A stretch of DNA of 53,633 nt from an uncultured Bacteriovoracaceae bacterium (GTDB lineage Bacteria > Bdellovibrionota > Bacteriovoracia > Bacteriovoracales > Bacteriovoracaceae), in NCBI GenBank assembly GCA_964012805.1, contig CAXGUD010000024.1, positions 1 to 53,633 of the forward strand, given 5' to 3'. Below the pieces are notes generated by a model. The model worked only from the letters and a program-made list of their open reading frames with translations. It searched no databases and was not told where the DNA came from. Shown one piece after another: positions 8,831-17,372 of this stretch (within the stretch, counting starts at the first letter, position 1; every line of letters starts with the position of its first letter). A program made the translations under genes and the position numbers.

Positions 8831-10624
8831 TTGGAAACTCATATTCGTCTAAAAGATTTTCAATTTTTCCTCTACGATGTTTTAAAGGTTGAAGAGCTTT
8901 GCAAGAAGTCCCTTTATGAAAACCATTCAAAAGAAGTATTTGATGAAATAATAGAGGTTGCTAAAAAAATAGCCGAAGAAAAATTTGAACCGGTTGCAGC
9001 AGCTTTGGATACCTTTGACCCTCAACTAAAAGATGGAGAAGTGATCCTCCACCCGGATTTAAAGCCAGCCGTTGATGCCTTCGTCGAAGCCGGTTTTATA
9101 GGATCGGCTTTTCCAGAAGAATGGGGTGGTATGGGACTTCCCTACTCTGTCTATACAGCCTGTGGAGCCATTTTTAGTTCATGTAATTTACCAGCGATTG
9201 GTTACCCTTTTCTGACAATTGCTGCCGCTAACCTTATCTCTGTTCACGGTTCACAGGAACAAAAGGATACTTTTCTTCGTCCTATGATAGAAGGAAGGTA
9301 TTTTGGAACAATGTGTTTGAGTGAACCACAAGCGGGGTCTTCGCTTTCTGATATTACGACAATGGCAACTTTAAAAGATGATGGCACCTATTCTTTAAAA
9401 GGCGGAAAAATGTGGATTTCAGCCGCCGATCACCAGATGAGTGAAAATATCATTCATCTTGTCCTTGCTAAAACTCCAGGTGCACCAGCTGGTGTTAAAG
9501 GCATTTCTCTTTTTATCGTTCCCAAGTTTTTAGGAGAAGGAGAGAGTAAAAAAAGGAATGATATTAAGGTCGTTGGACTTAACCACAAAATGGGTTATAG
9601 AGCGACTGTCAATTCAGTCTTGGCCTTAGGTGATGAAGGAGAATGCACCGGATTCCTCGTAGGAGAACAACACAAAGGACTTCTTTATATGTTTCATATG
9701 ATGAATGAAGCGAGGATTGGAGTTGGTATGGGTGCAGCTGCTTGCGGTTATGCTGGATACCGCTACTCTCTCAAATACGCGAAAGAGAGACCTCAAGGTA
9801 GGGCCCCGCAAAATAAAAACCCCAGTGATCCTCAACTCATGATCATCGAGCACGCAGATGTAAAGAGAATGCTTCTCGCACAAAAAGCTTATACGGAAGG
9901 GGCCCTTATGCTAACCTTCTATTGCGCTAGACTTTATGACCTCCAACAAATTGCCCATCATGATAAAAAAGAAACAAAAGAAATAGATATTCTACTAGAT
10001 ATCCTTACTCCTGTTGCAAAAGCTTGGCCAAGTGACTATTGTCTTGAAGCTAATAGCCTCGCCATCCAAGTGTTAGGGGGTTACGGATATACGAGAGATT
10101 ACCCCGTTGAAAGGATTTATAGAGATAATCGTTTAAACCCTATTCATGAAGGAACAAATGGTATTCAAGGTTTGGACCTTTTGGGAAGAAAAGTATTGGG
10201 CGATAGGGGAAAAGGTCTTAAGCTTCTTTCTGAAAAAATCATAGAAACAATTAAAGAAGCTGAATCCTCTAAAGATAAAACTCTCATTGGTTTAGCAAAA
10301 GAGTTAAAAACCTCTCTTCAATATGTTGATGAAACAACAAAGGCCCTTGGTTTTTTAGCTTTAAAAGGAAAAGTCAATCTCTCCCTTTCCCACTCTACAC
10401 CCTATCTTCACCTGCTAGGCCACACAGTTGTGGCCTGGATGTGGCTTCTTCAGGCCAACGAAGCCGTAAAAGGCACAGGAAATAAGGAAGATTCTTTTTA
10501 TAAAGGAAAAATTAAAACCGCTCAATTCTTTTATGCTTGGGAGGTTCCTAAAATAAAGATGTGGGGAGAGGCCATAAGAAGTGGAGATAAAACGGCTTTG
10601 GAAACAACTCCTGATTTACTTTAG
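8831..10624 (+). CDS. Long-form (~600 aa) acyl-CoA dehydrogenase
   Basis: GTMCLSEPQAGS, KGISLFIVPK, MFHMMNEAR, QVLGGYGY, IHEGTNGIQ. Confidence 0.92.
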   Translation: METHIRLKDFQFFLYDVLKVEELCKKSLYENHSKEVFDEIIEVAKKIAEEKFEPVAAALDTFDPQLKDGEVILHPDLKPAVDAFVEAGFIGSAFPEEWGGMGLPYSVYTACGAIFSSCNLPAIGYPFLTIAAANLISVHGSQEQKDTFLRPMIEGRYFGTMCLSEPQAGSSLSDITTMATLKDDGTYSLKGGKMWISAADHQMSENIIHLVLAKTPGAPAGVKGISLFIVPKFLGEGESKKRNDIKVVGLNHKMGYRATVNSVLALGDEGECTGFLVGEQHKGLLYMFHMMNEARIGVGMGAAACGYAGYRYSLKYAKERPQGRAPQNKNPSDPQLMIIEHADVKRMLLAQKAYTEGALMLTFYCARLYDLQQIAHHDKKETKEIDILLDILTPVAKAWPSDYCLEANSLAIQVLGGYGYTRDYPVERIYRDNRLNPIHEGTNGIQGLDLLGRKVLGDRGKGLKLLSEKIIETIKEAESSKDKTLIGLAKELKTSLQYVDETTKALGFLALKGKVNLSLSHSTPYLHLLGHTVVAWMWLLQANEAVKGTGNKEDSFYKGKIKTAQFFYAWEVPKIKMWGEAIRSGDKTALETTPDLL

Positions 10625-10672
10625 CCTTTTTCATTTTAATTACTTTTTTACTTAGTTTTTTCTATCCGGCTA

Positions 10673-11914
10673 TTGATTAATTTTTTAGATAGAACCCAGG
10701 CATATGAAATGAGTCATTCACTAAAAAATCATAAAGAAAAAAAATCAAGAAAAACCATAAAAGTTCCTGATTTTAGAAAATACTCAACAAAAATTTTGGT
10801 TAAAAAAATATTCAAAAGTTCTTCAGGTATAAAGATTCTTTGGGACGACAACACCTCAACTTATTACAATCGATTTTGGTTAAGAGAAAACTCTCCCGAC
10901 CCACAAACAACTCACCCTGATTCCCGTGAACAGTTGATAAACCTTTTAAGCATACCAGATGATTTAAGCATAAAGTGTGCTGAAATAACAGAATCTGGAA
11001 AGGTCCGTATCGTTTGGTCTCCAGAAAATAAAGAAAGCTTTTACGACTATTCGTGGCTAAGGTTTTGGGGAGAAAACCGTTTTAATAAACAAGTGGGTTT
11101 ACCAAAGCAAGAACTTTGGAAAAATTTTTCAGATAAGGGTCTCCCAAAAGTAACATGGTCAAAAGAAAATCAAAATGAGTGTTTATTAAAATGGTTACAG
11201 CATTTAAAGGCCTTTGGATTATCCTTATTAAAAGGAGTAGGTAGCTCCCCTAAAGGTCTGGAAGAAATCTTAGAAACCTTTGCTATTATAAAAGAATCCA
11301 ACTTTGGTAAAATTTTTGATGTCAAATTTGAAGAGGAGCCGATATCTAATGCCTATACCAATATTGAGCTTCCCCTTCACGGAGACCTCTGTACAAGGCA
11401 ATTCATGCCAAAATATCAATTCCTACATTGTTTAGAAAACTCAACTGAAGCTGGTGAATCCCTCCTGGCCGATGGTTTTATGCTTGCAAAAATATTAAAA
11501 GAAAAAGATCCATTCGCTTATAACTCCCTTACAAAGATCGACGTTCATTTTATCAATAAAGCCGAAAACTCTGATTATCAATGGGTTGAAAAGGTCATCA
11601 ACTTAAACAAATCAGGTGAAGTCACTGAAATGCGTTTGAGTCCATGGCTTCGAGGGCCTGTTTGCGGGAATAAAGAAGAAGAAGAGCATTTTTATAAGGC
11701 CTTCCGCACATTTATGAAACTTGCTGAAGATACTGACTTTCAAGAAAAAATAAAGTTAGAAAAAGGAGATATCTTAGGCTTTAATAATACTAGGATCCTC
11801 CACGGCAGAAATGCTATAGGCAAAGGAGGAGAGCGTTGGCTAAGAGGTTGTTATATGGACGGAGATGATGTTGATAGCACTCTTCGCATGGGACGAATTC
11901 CTAGACCTCTTTAA
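10673..11914 (+). CDS. Gamma-butyrobetaine-hydroxylase-like Fe(II)/2-oxoglutarate dioxygenase (TauD/TfdA family)
   Basis: N-terminal WLREN...YSWL domain, LPLHGD (HxD), QFLHC, ADGF, FNNTRILHGR, RWLRGCY. Likely start is the ATG at 10709; substrate unknown. Confidence 0.8.
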   Translation: MINFLDRTQAYEMSHSLKNHKEKKSRKTIKVPDFRKYSTKILVKKIFKSSSGIKILWDDNTSTYYNRFWLRENSPDPQTTHPDSREQLINLLSIPDDLSIKCAEITESGKVRIVWSPENKESFYDYSWLRFWGENRFNKQVGLPKQELWKNFSDKGLPKVTWSKENQNECLLKWLQHLKAFGLSLLKGVGSSPKGLEEILETFAIIKESNFGKIFDVKFEEEPISNAYTNIELPLHGDLCTRQFMPKYQFLHCLENSTEAGESLLADGFMLAKILKEKDPFAYNSLTKIDVHFINKAENSDYQWVEKVINLNKSGEVTEMRLSPWLRGPVCGNKEEEEHFYKAFRTFMKLAEDTDFQEKIKLEKGDILGFNNTRILHGRNAIGKGGERWLRGCYMDGDDVDSTLRMGRIPRPL

Positions 11915-11926
11915 AAGTCTTCTCGC

Positions 11927-12688
11927 TTATCCCCAAGAAATCGTCTCTCCTCCATCAGCAACAATGAGCTGACCTGCAATATAAGATGAAGCATCACAGA
12001 CTAAAAAATGAGCAATCCCTGCTATATCTTCTGGCTTTCCAATTCTTCTAAGAGGTGTTTGATTTTCCTGCTTTTCAAGAAGCTTCGGGTTTTCCCAAAG
12101 GGCCCTTGAAAAGTCAGTCTTAATAAGACCTGGCGCTATTCCATTAACCCTGATTCCCTTAGGTCCAAGTTCAACCGCAAGGTTTCTAACAAGAGATGCT
12201 TCAGCTGCTTTTGAAATACCATAGGCACCAATTGTATCTGTTCCTACAAAAGCAGTAATAGAAGACATAAGAATAATTGAGCCTCCACCATTTTTCACCA
12301 TAATGGGTACACTTAAATTAGAAAGCCATAGACTACTTTTTAAATTAATATTCATAATCTTATCAAAGGCCTTATCTGTAAGAGTTGATATTGGGCCAAA
12401 AACTGGATTAGTAGCGGCATTACAAATAAGAGAATCTATTCGCCCCCATTTTTCTACTGTTTTTTTTATGAGGTTTTCAACTTGCTCTCTTTCACCAACA
12501 TGACAAGGGAGACAAAGAACCTCATGCCCTTCTTTCACTAACTCATCATACACAGCTTCACAAGCCTCTTCCTTCCTGCTTGAAATAACAACCTTAGCAC
12601 CTGACCTTGCTAATTGAACACTAATGGCCCTTCCTATTCCTCTTGAAGACCCCGTTACAACTACAACCTTATCTTTAACATCAAACAT
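11927..12688 (-). CDS. SDR family oxidoreductase (DHRS4-like)
   Basis: TGSSRGIG, NAATNP, YGISK, IAPGLIKTDFS. Confidence 0.9.
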   Translation of the reverse strand: MFDVKDKVVVVTGSSRGIGRAISVQLARSGAKVVISSRKEEACEAVYDELVKEGHEVLCLPCHVGEREQVENLIKKTVEKWGRIDSLICNAATNPVFGPISTLTDKAFDKIMNINLKSSLWLSNLSVPIMVKNGGGSIILMSSITAFVGTDTIGAYGISKAAEASLVRNLAVELGPKGIRVNGIAPGLIKTDFSRALWENPKLLEKQENQTPLRRIGKPEDIAGIAHFLVCDASSYIAGQLIVADGGETISWG

Positions 12689-13670
12689 TTTTATTCTCCG
12701 TCGTTAAAACAACCTTCCCAATAACTTTTCTTTTTAAAAGGTCATTTAAGGCATCAGGTGCTTCTTCTAAAGAATACTTTTTTGAAATATGAGGTTTTAT
12801 TTTTCCTTCTTTATAAAGATCAAAAAGTTCCTGAAAATTTTTGTTATCAAGGTCTGTTTCTCTTTCTCTAAAAGCCCCCCAAAAGACACCTATAATATCA
12901 AGACCTTTAAGGAGGGGAAGGTTCATGGGTATTTTAGGAATTTTACCAGAAGCGAAGCCGATTACGAGGACTCTTCCTTTCCAAGTTGTTGAACGTAAGG
13001 CCTGTTCAAAAAGGTCGCCTCCAACAGCATCGTAGACGACATCCACTCCCTTCTTTCCTCTTATTTCTTTAATTTTATCTCTTAAAGATCCTTCACTATA
13101 ATTAATAAGGTGGTCGGCGCCTGATTCTTTGGCCGCCTGAAGTTTTTCATTTGTACTAGCTGCAGCGATAACTTCAGCACCCATGGCCTTTCCCAATTGA
13201 ACCGCCGTTAAACCAACTCCGCCTCCAGCACCAAGGACTAAAAGAGTTTCGCCTTTTTGAAGATTGGCCCTTTGCTTAAGAGCATGCATCGATGTTCCAT
13301 AAGTCATTGAGAAACCAGCTGCAGATACCCCGTCCATTTCAGGAGGTCTTTTTAAAAGGGCCATGTAATCAACCGCCACTTTTTCAGCATAGCCTCCAAA
13401 GGGCATGAGGGCGATCACTTTTTCACCTACTTCAAAACCTGTGACACCCTCTCCTAAACTTTCAATAACACCAGCAACTTCTCCACCAGGAGAAAAAGGG
13501 AGCGGAGGATGGAATTGGTATTTATCTTCTATGATGAGGGTATCAGGAAAGTTAACGCCGCAAGCTTCGACATTCAAAACAACTTGCCCTCTTTGGGGCT
13601 TAGGATCGTCAACTTCTGCTACTTTTAATTTCTCCGGCGGCCCATGCTCTGAACATAAAACAGCGCGCAT
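12681..13670 (-). CDS. NADPH:quinone oxidoreductase family protein (MDR/zeta-crystallin)
   Basis: GVNFPD, FSPGGEVAG, LGAGGGVG, VIGFASG, GKVVL; overlaps the downstream SDR by 8 bp. Confidence 0.9.
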   Translation of the reverse strand: MRAVLCSEHGPPEKLKVAEVDDPKPQRGQVVLNVEACGVNFPDTLIIEDKYQFHPPLPFSPGGEVAGVIESLGEGVTGFEVGEKVIALMPFGGYAEKVAVDYMALLKRPPEMDGVSAAGFSMTYGTSMHALKQRANLQKGETLLVLGAGGGVGLTAVQLGKAMGAEVIAAASTNEKLQAAKESGADHLINYSEGSLRDKIKEIRGKKGVDVVYDAVGGDLFEQALRSTTWKGRVLVIGFASGKIPKIPMNLPLLKGLDIIGVFWGAFRERETDLDNKNFQELFDLYKEGKIKPHISKKYSLEEAPDALNDLLKRKVIGKVVLTTENKNV

Positions 13671-13819
13671 AGTGAACTCCTCCCTTGGAAGCTTCGATCA
13701 ATCGTTGATCTCACCTAAAAAGCTTTTTACATGTGACTCCCTAAAAGTTTACGTGCTATGATCCCCGAAATCAAATTAAGTGGTCAAAGATTACCTAATA
13801 CTGCACGAGGGGAAAAATC

Positions 13820-15931
13820 ATGACAGACAAAGTATTACTCACCAAAGTTGACAATATTGGAATTGTGACTCTCAATAGCCCTCCAGTTAATGCCTTAAGT
13901 CAAGAGATTAGACAAGGCCTTTTAGATGCCTTCTCAAAAGCAGAAAGTGACGATTCTCTAAAGGTCATAATTCTTATGGGCGCTGACCGTACTTTTTCAG
14001 CTGGTGCTGACATAGGTGAATTTGGGAAATCGTCTTTAGAACCTGTCCTCCCGATGGTTTGCCAAACGATTGAATCGACAAGTAAGCCTGTTATTGCTGC
14101 AATAACTGGTGTTGCTCTTGGAGGTGGCTTTGAATTAGCTATGGCATCTCACTATAGAATCGCCACAAACTCCACTAAAGTTGGACTTCCCGAAGTTCAT
14201 TTAGGACTTATTCCTGGAGCTGGTGGAACACAAAGACTTCCCCGCATTGTAGGACCAAAGCTAAGCCTAGAGATGATTACATCTGGCAAACCTATAAAAG
14301 CAAAAAAGGCCCTGGCTGAAGGCCTTATCGACCAGGTTATTGAAGATACGGATTCACTTAAAGAGGAGGCTATTGCCTTTGCCCACACATTGATTAAGGA
14401 AAATCAAGGTCCACGAAGATCCAGTGAAAGAAAAGAGCATATTGAAAAGCAAGGGAATGATAAAGAAATTTTTATCAACTTTAAAAACTCCCTCCAAAAA
14501 ACGGCGAGAGGACTTTACTCTCCTTTTAAGGCAGTTGATGCCATTAAAACTGCTTTTACTCTCCCCTTTGATGAGGGTATCAAAAAAGAAAGAGATATCT
14601 TTTTGGAGTGCATGAATTCAGCTCAATCAAAAGGACTTGTCCATGCTTTTTTCTCTGAAAGAAAGTGTACAAAATTTCCTGAGGCCATGAACGAAAATGG
14701 GCCGGCCAGAGACCTTTCCACTCTCGGTGTAGTTGGAGGGGGGACCATGGGTTCAGGCATTACTGTCGCCGCCTTAGATGCGGGCATTAAAGTAACCATG
14801 ATTGAAAGAGATCAAGAAAGTATTGAAAAAGGAAAACATAATGTAACAAAAGTCTATAAACGTCATATTGAAAAGGGAAGGATGACAGAGGAGCAAGTCA
14901 ATAAAGTCCTTGAAAAATATAAACCCTCTACCGACTTCGATGACTTAAAAGATGTTGACATGGTTATTGAAGCCGTTTTTGAAGAATTAGAAGTTAAACA
15001 GGAAGTTTTTAAAACCCTTGATAAAATTGTAAAACCTGGTGCAGTTATGGCCTCCAATACAAGTTACCTAAACATTGATAAAATTGCAGCCGTTACTTCA
15101 AGGCCTGAAGATGTTTTAGGACTTCACTTCTTTTCCCCGGCAAATATTATGAAACTTTTGGAAATCGTGATTCCAACAAAAGTTAAGGCAGATGTTGTGA
15201 ATACTGGGCTAACTCTTGCTAAAAAGATGAGAAAAGTTCCCGTGAGGGCCGGTAATTGTGATGGTTTTATAGGCAATAGAATTTTAAGTAAATATGGTAA
15301 GGTCGTCGCTTATATGATGGAAGATGGTGCTTCCCCCTACGAAATAGATAAGGCCATTTTTAAATTTGGTCTTCCTATGGGAATTTTTCAAATGTTTGAT
15401 TTAGCAGGACTTGATATTGGTTGGGCCAATAGGAAAAGACAAGCCGCCACTAGAGACCCCCGTGAACGTTACGTCCATATCTTAGATCTACTTTGTGAAA
15501 AAGGTCATTATGGACAAAAAACGGGGAGAGGTTTTTATATTTATCAAGAAGGATCAAGAAGAGGGGAAGAAGATCCTGAAGTCTTAACACTTATTGATGA
15601 AGAGAGGAAAAGAAAGGGAATTACAACTCGTTCCTTTAGTGAAGAAGAAATTATGAATCGTTATATTGCGGCCATGGTGAATGAATCCTGCAATGTGCTC
15701 CATGAAGGGATGGCCTCAAGGCCATCTGATATCGACATCACACTTCTTTATGGTTACGGGTTTCCGCGGTATAGAGGAGGACCTATGAAATACGCTGACC
15801 AGGTAGGTCTTCCAAAAATTCTTGATGATATAAAAAAGTACTACGAAGAGGATTCTTTCTTTTGGAACCCTTCCCCCCTTCTTGTAGAGCTTGTTGAAAA
15901 AGGGCAAACCTTTGAATCTCTTAATAAATAA
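13820..15931 (+). CDS. Multifunctional enoyl-CoA hydratase/3-hydroxyacyl-CoA dehydrogenase
   Basis: Crotonase motifs FSAGADI, ALGGGFE, PEVHLGLIPGAGGTQRL; HAD motifs GGGTMG, ASNTS, GLHFFSPA. Confidence 0.93.
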   Translation: MTDKVLLTKVDNIGIVTLNSPPVNALSQEIRQGLLDAFSKAESDDSLKVIILMGADRTFSAGADIGEFGKSSLEPVLPMVCQTIESTSKPVIAAITGVALGGGFELAMASHYRIATNSTKVGLPEVHLGLIPGAGGTQRLPRIVGPKLSLEMITSGKPIKAKKALAEGLIDQVIEDTDSLKEEAIAFAHTLIKENQGPRRSSERKEHIEKQGNDKEIFINFKNSLQKTARGLYSPFKAVDAIKTAFTLPFDEGIKKERDIFLECMNSAQSKGLVHAFFSERKCTKFPEAMNENGPARDLSTLGVVGGGTMGSGITVAALDAGIKVTMIERDQESIEKGKHNVTKVYKRHIEKGRMTEEQVNKVLEKYKPSTDFDDLKDVDMVIEAVFEELEVKQEVFKTLDKIVKPGAVMASNTSYLNIDKIAAVTSRPEDVLGLHFFSPANIMKLLEIVIPTKVKADVVNTGLTLAKKMRKVPVRAGNCDGFIGNRILSKYGKVVAYMMEDGASPYEIDKAIFKFGLPMGIFQMFDLAGLDIGWANRKRQAATRDPRERYVHILDLLCEKGHYGQKTGRGFYIYQEGSRRGEEDPEVLTLIDEERKRKGITTRSFSEEEIMNRYIAAMVNESCNVLHEGMASRPSDIDITLLYGYGFPRYRGGPMKYADQVGLPKILDDIKKYYEEDSFFWNPSPLLVELVEKGQTFESLNK

Positions 15932-15951
15932 AATCAAGAAACAGACAGGGC

Positions 15952-17205
15952 CTAAGATTGGCCCTCAATTTTAAAGTGAATTTGATTGTCATTTAACTGA
16001 TCAATAAGGGCCATTCCCATACCACTTGCAGGGGTTAAGACTCCAAACAAGGGAGTCGTCTCTTCCGGTTTTTTAAGAAGACACAAGCTTGCCTCGCCCA
16101 ACATAATAGAGGTTGAACCATACCCTGGATCTTTAAAGCCTTCAACGCTTACATAAAAGTCAGAGTTCCAATCTTTTGGCGTTATCCTAAATTTAAATGA
16201 CCCTTTTTCTCTTTGTTCAAAACTTGGGCCATCTCCTTGCTTCGGAAGAAACACCTTATGAACAAGTTTTCTAGTGAGAGAAAACTTAAGCCCTAAAACA
16301 AATAGACCTCCGAAAAGGAGAAACTTTCGGGCCTTCTTTTTTGATGAATAAACAGAGACTTCTTCATATTTAAAGTCTTCCCCATAAGGGAAATTTAAAA
16401 GAGCATTAGTACGCCTTACAACTCGCGTATTAATTCCGGCCATCATGAAAGGGCCAATCCAGCGCTCTCTTTTTTCATCATAAAGAATTGTTTTTAAATC
16501 TCGGTGATGTGGTCCTTTAGGTGTTCCTTCTGGATAAAGTGCATAAGGTCCAAAAGAATCTTTCGCTAAAAGTTTATTGTTATCGGAGAAATCAAAGTTT
16601 CCGACTATGGCAGCTGCCGTTCCACCGCTCAATGTCCCCTTAGATTTTTCAACATAGAGGACAATATCAGAAAAAGGTTTAAGTTCCCTTTTTTTACATT
16701 CTTTTTGAAGGAGCCAAACCCCCAGATCTGAAGGGATTGAATCAAAACCACATGCAGGAACAATTTTTAATTTTTTCTCTTGAGCAGTATGATGAAATTT
16801 TTGAACCACTTTACGTATCCAAGGCACTTCGCCACAAAGGTCTGTATAATGGGTACCTTCTGTAACGCAAGCTTCAATAATATTATAACCATGGGCCAAG
16901 TAAGGACCTACGCAATTACACAAAACGACCGTTTGACTGACCATTTTATTTAGGGATTTAAGATCGTTCGTATCAGCAATTACAATACCAATTGAGTGGG
17001 TTTTTATTTGTTCTTTTAAATTTTCTAATTTACCTTTTAACTTCTCTAGTTTTTCTTTATTACGACCGGCCAATCCAAGACGTAGGCCGCTCTTTTTGCT
17101 CAGGTACTCACAAACTAACTCTCCCGTAAATCCCGTGGCACCATAGACTATGATATCAAAACTACGACCATTTCTATCATTTTCCATTATTAAACATACC
17201 TCCAC
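15952..17205 (-). CDS. Saccharopine-dehydrogenase-like / trans-acting enoyl reductase family oxidoreductase
   Basis: YGATGFTG, AGRN, NCVGPY, YTDLCGE, CGFDSIPSD, DPGYGST, GVLTPA. Likely start at MEND (17187). Confidence 0.85.
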   Translation of the reverse strand: MEVCLIMENDRNGRSFDIIVYGATGFTGELVCEYLSKKSGLRLGLAGRNKEKLEKLKGKLENLKEQIKTHSIGIVIADTNDLKSLNKMVSQTVVLCNCVGPYLAHGYNIIEACVTEGTHYTDLCGEVPWIRKVVQKFHHTAQEKKLKIVPACGFDSIPSDLGVWLLQKECKKRELKPFSDIVLYVEKSKGTLSGGTAAAIVGNFDFSDNNKLLAKDSFGPYALYPEGTPKGPHHRDLKTILYDEKRERWIGPFMMAGINTRVVRRTNALLNFPYGEDFKYEEVSVYSSKKKARKFLLFGGLFVLGLKFSLTRKLVHKVFLPKQGDGPSFEQREKGSFKFRITPKDWNSDFYVSVEGFKDPGYGSTSIMLGEASLCLLKKPEETTPLFGVLTPASGMGMALIDQLNDNQIHFKIEGQS

Positions 17206-17372
17206 AAATCTTTAAAAAGCTAATCAAAGTACACCTAACCGACTGCAATTATCAATTAATTTTTAACAAAGCTGATTTAAGTATATAACTTAACTCTTTT
17301 TTACCGAAAAGTTTTAGTGTGGAAAAGAAATATAGTAGTTAAATTAAAAAATATTGCGGTTATTAAGAAAAA

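Noticed and set aside
13742..13771. TAAAAGTTT...CCCGAAAT as a FliA site before the multifunctional enzyme gene
   Set aside because: The 18-nt spacer is outside the 14-16 range of the other sites.
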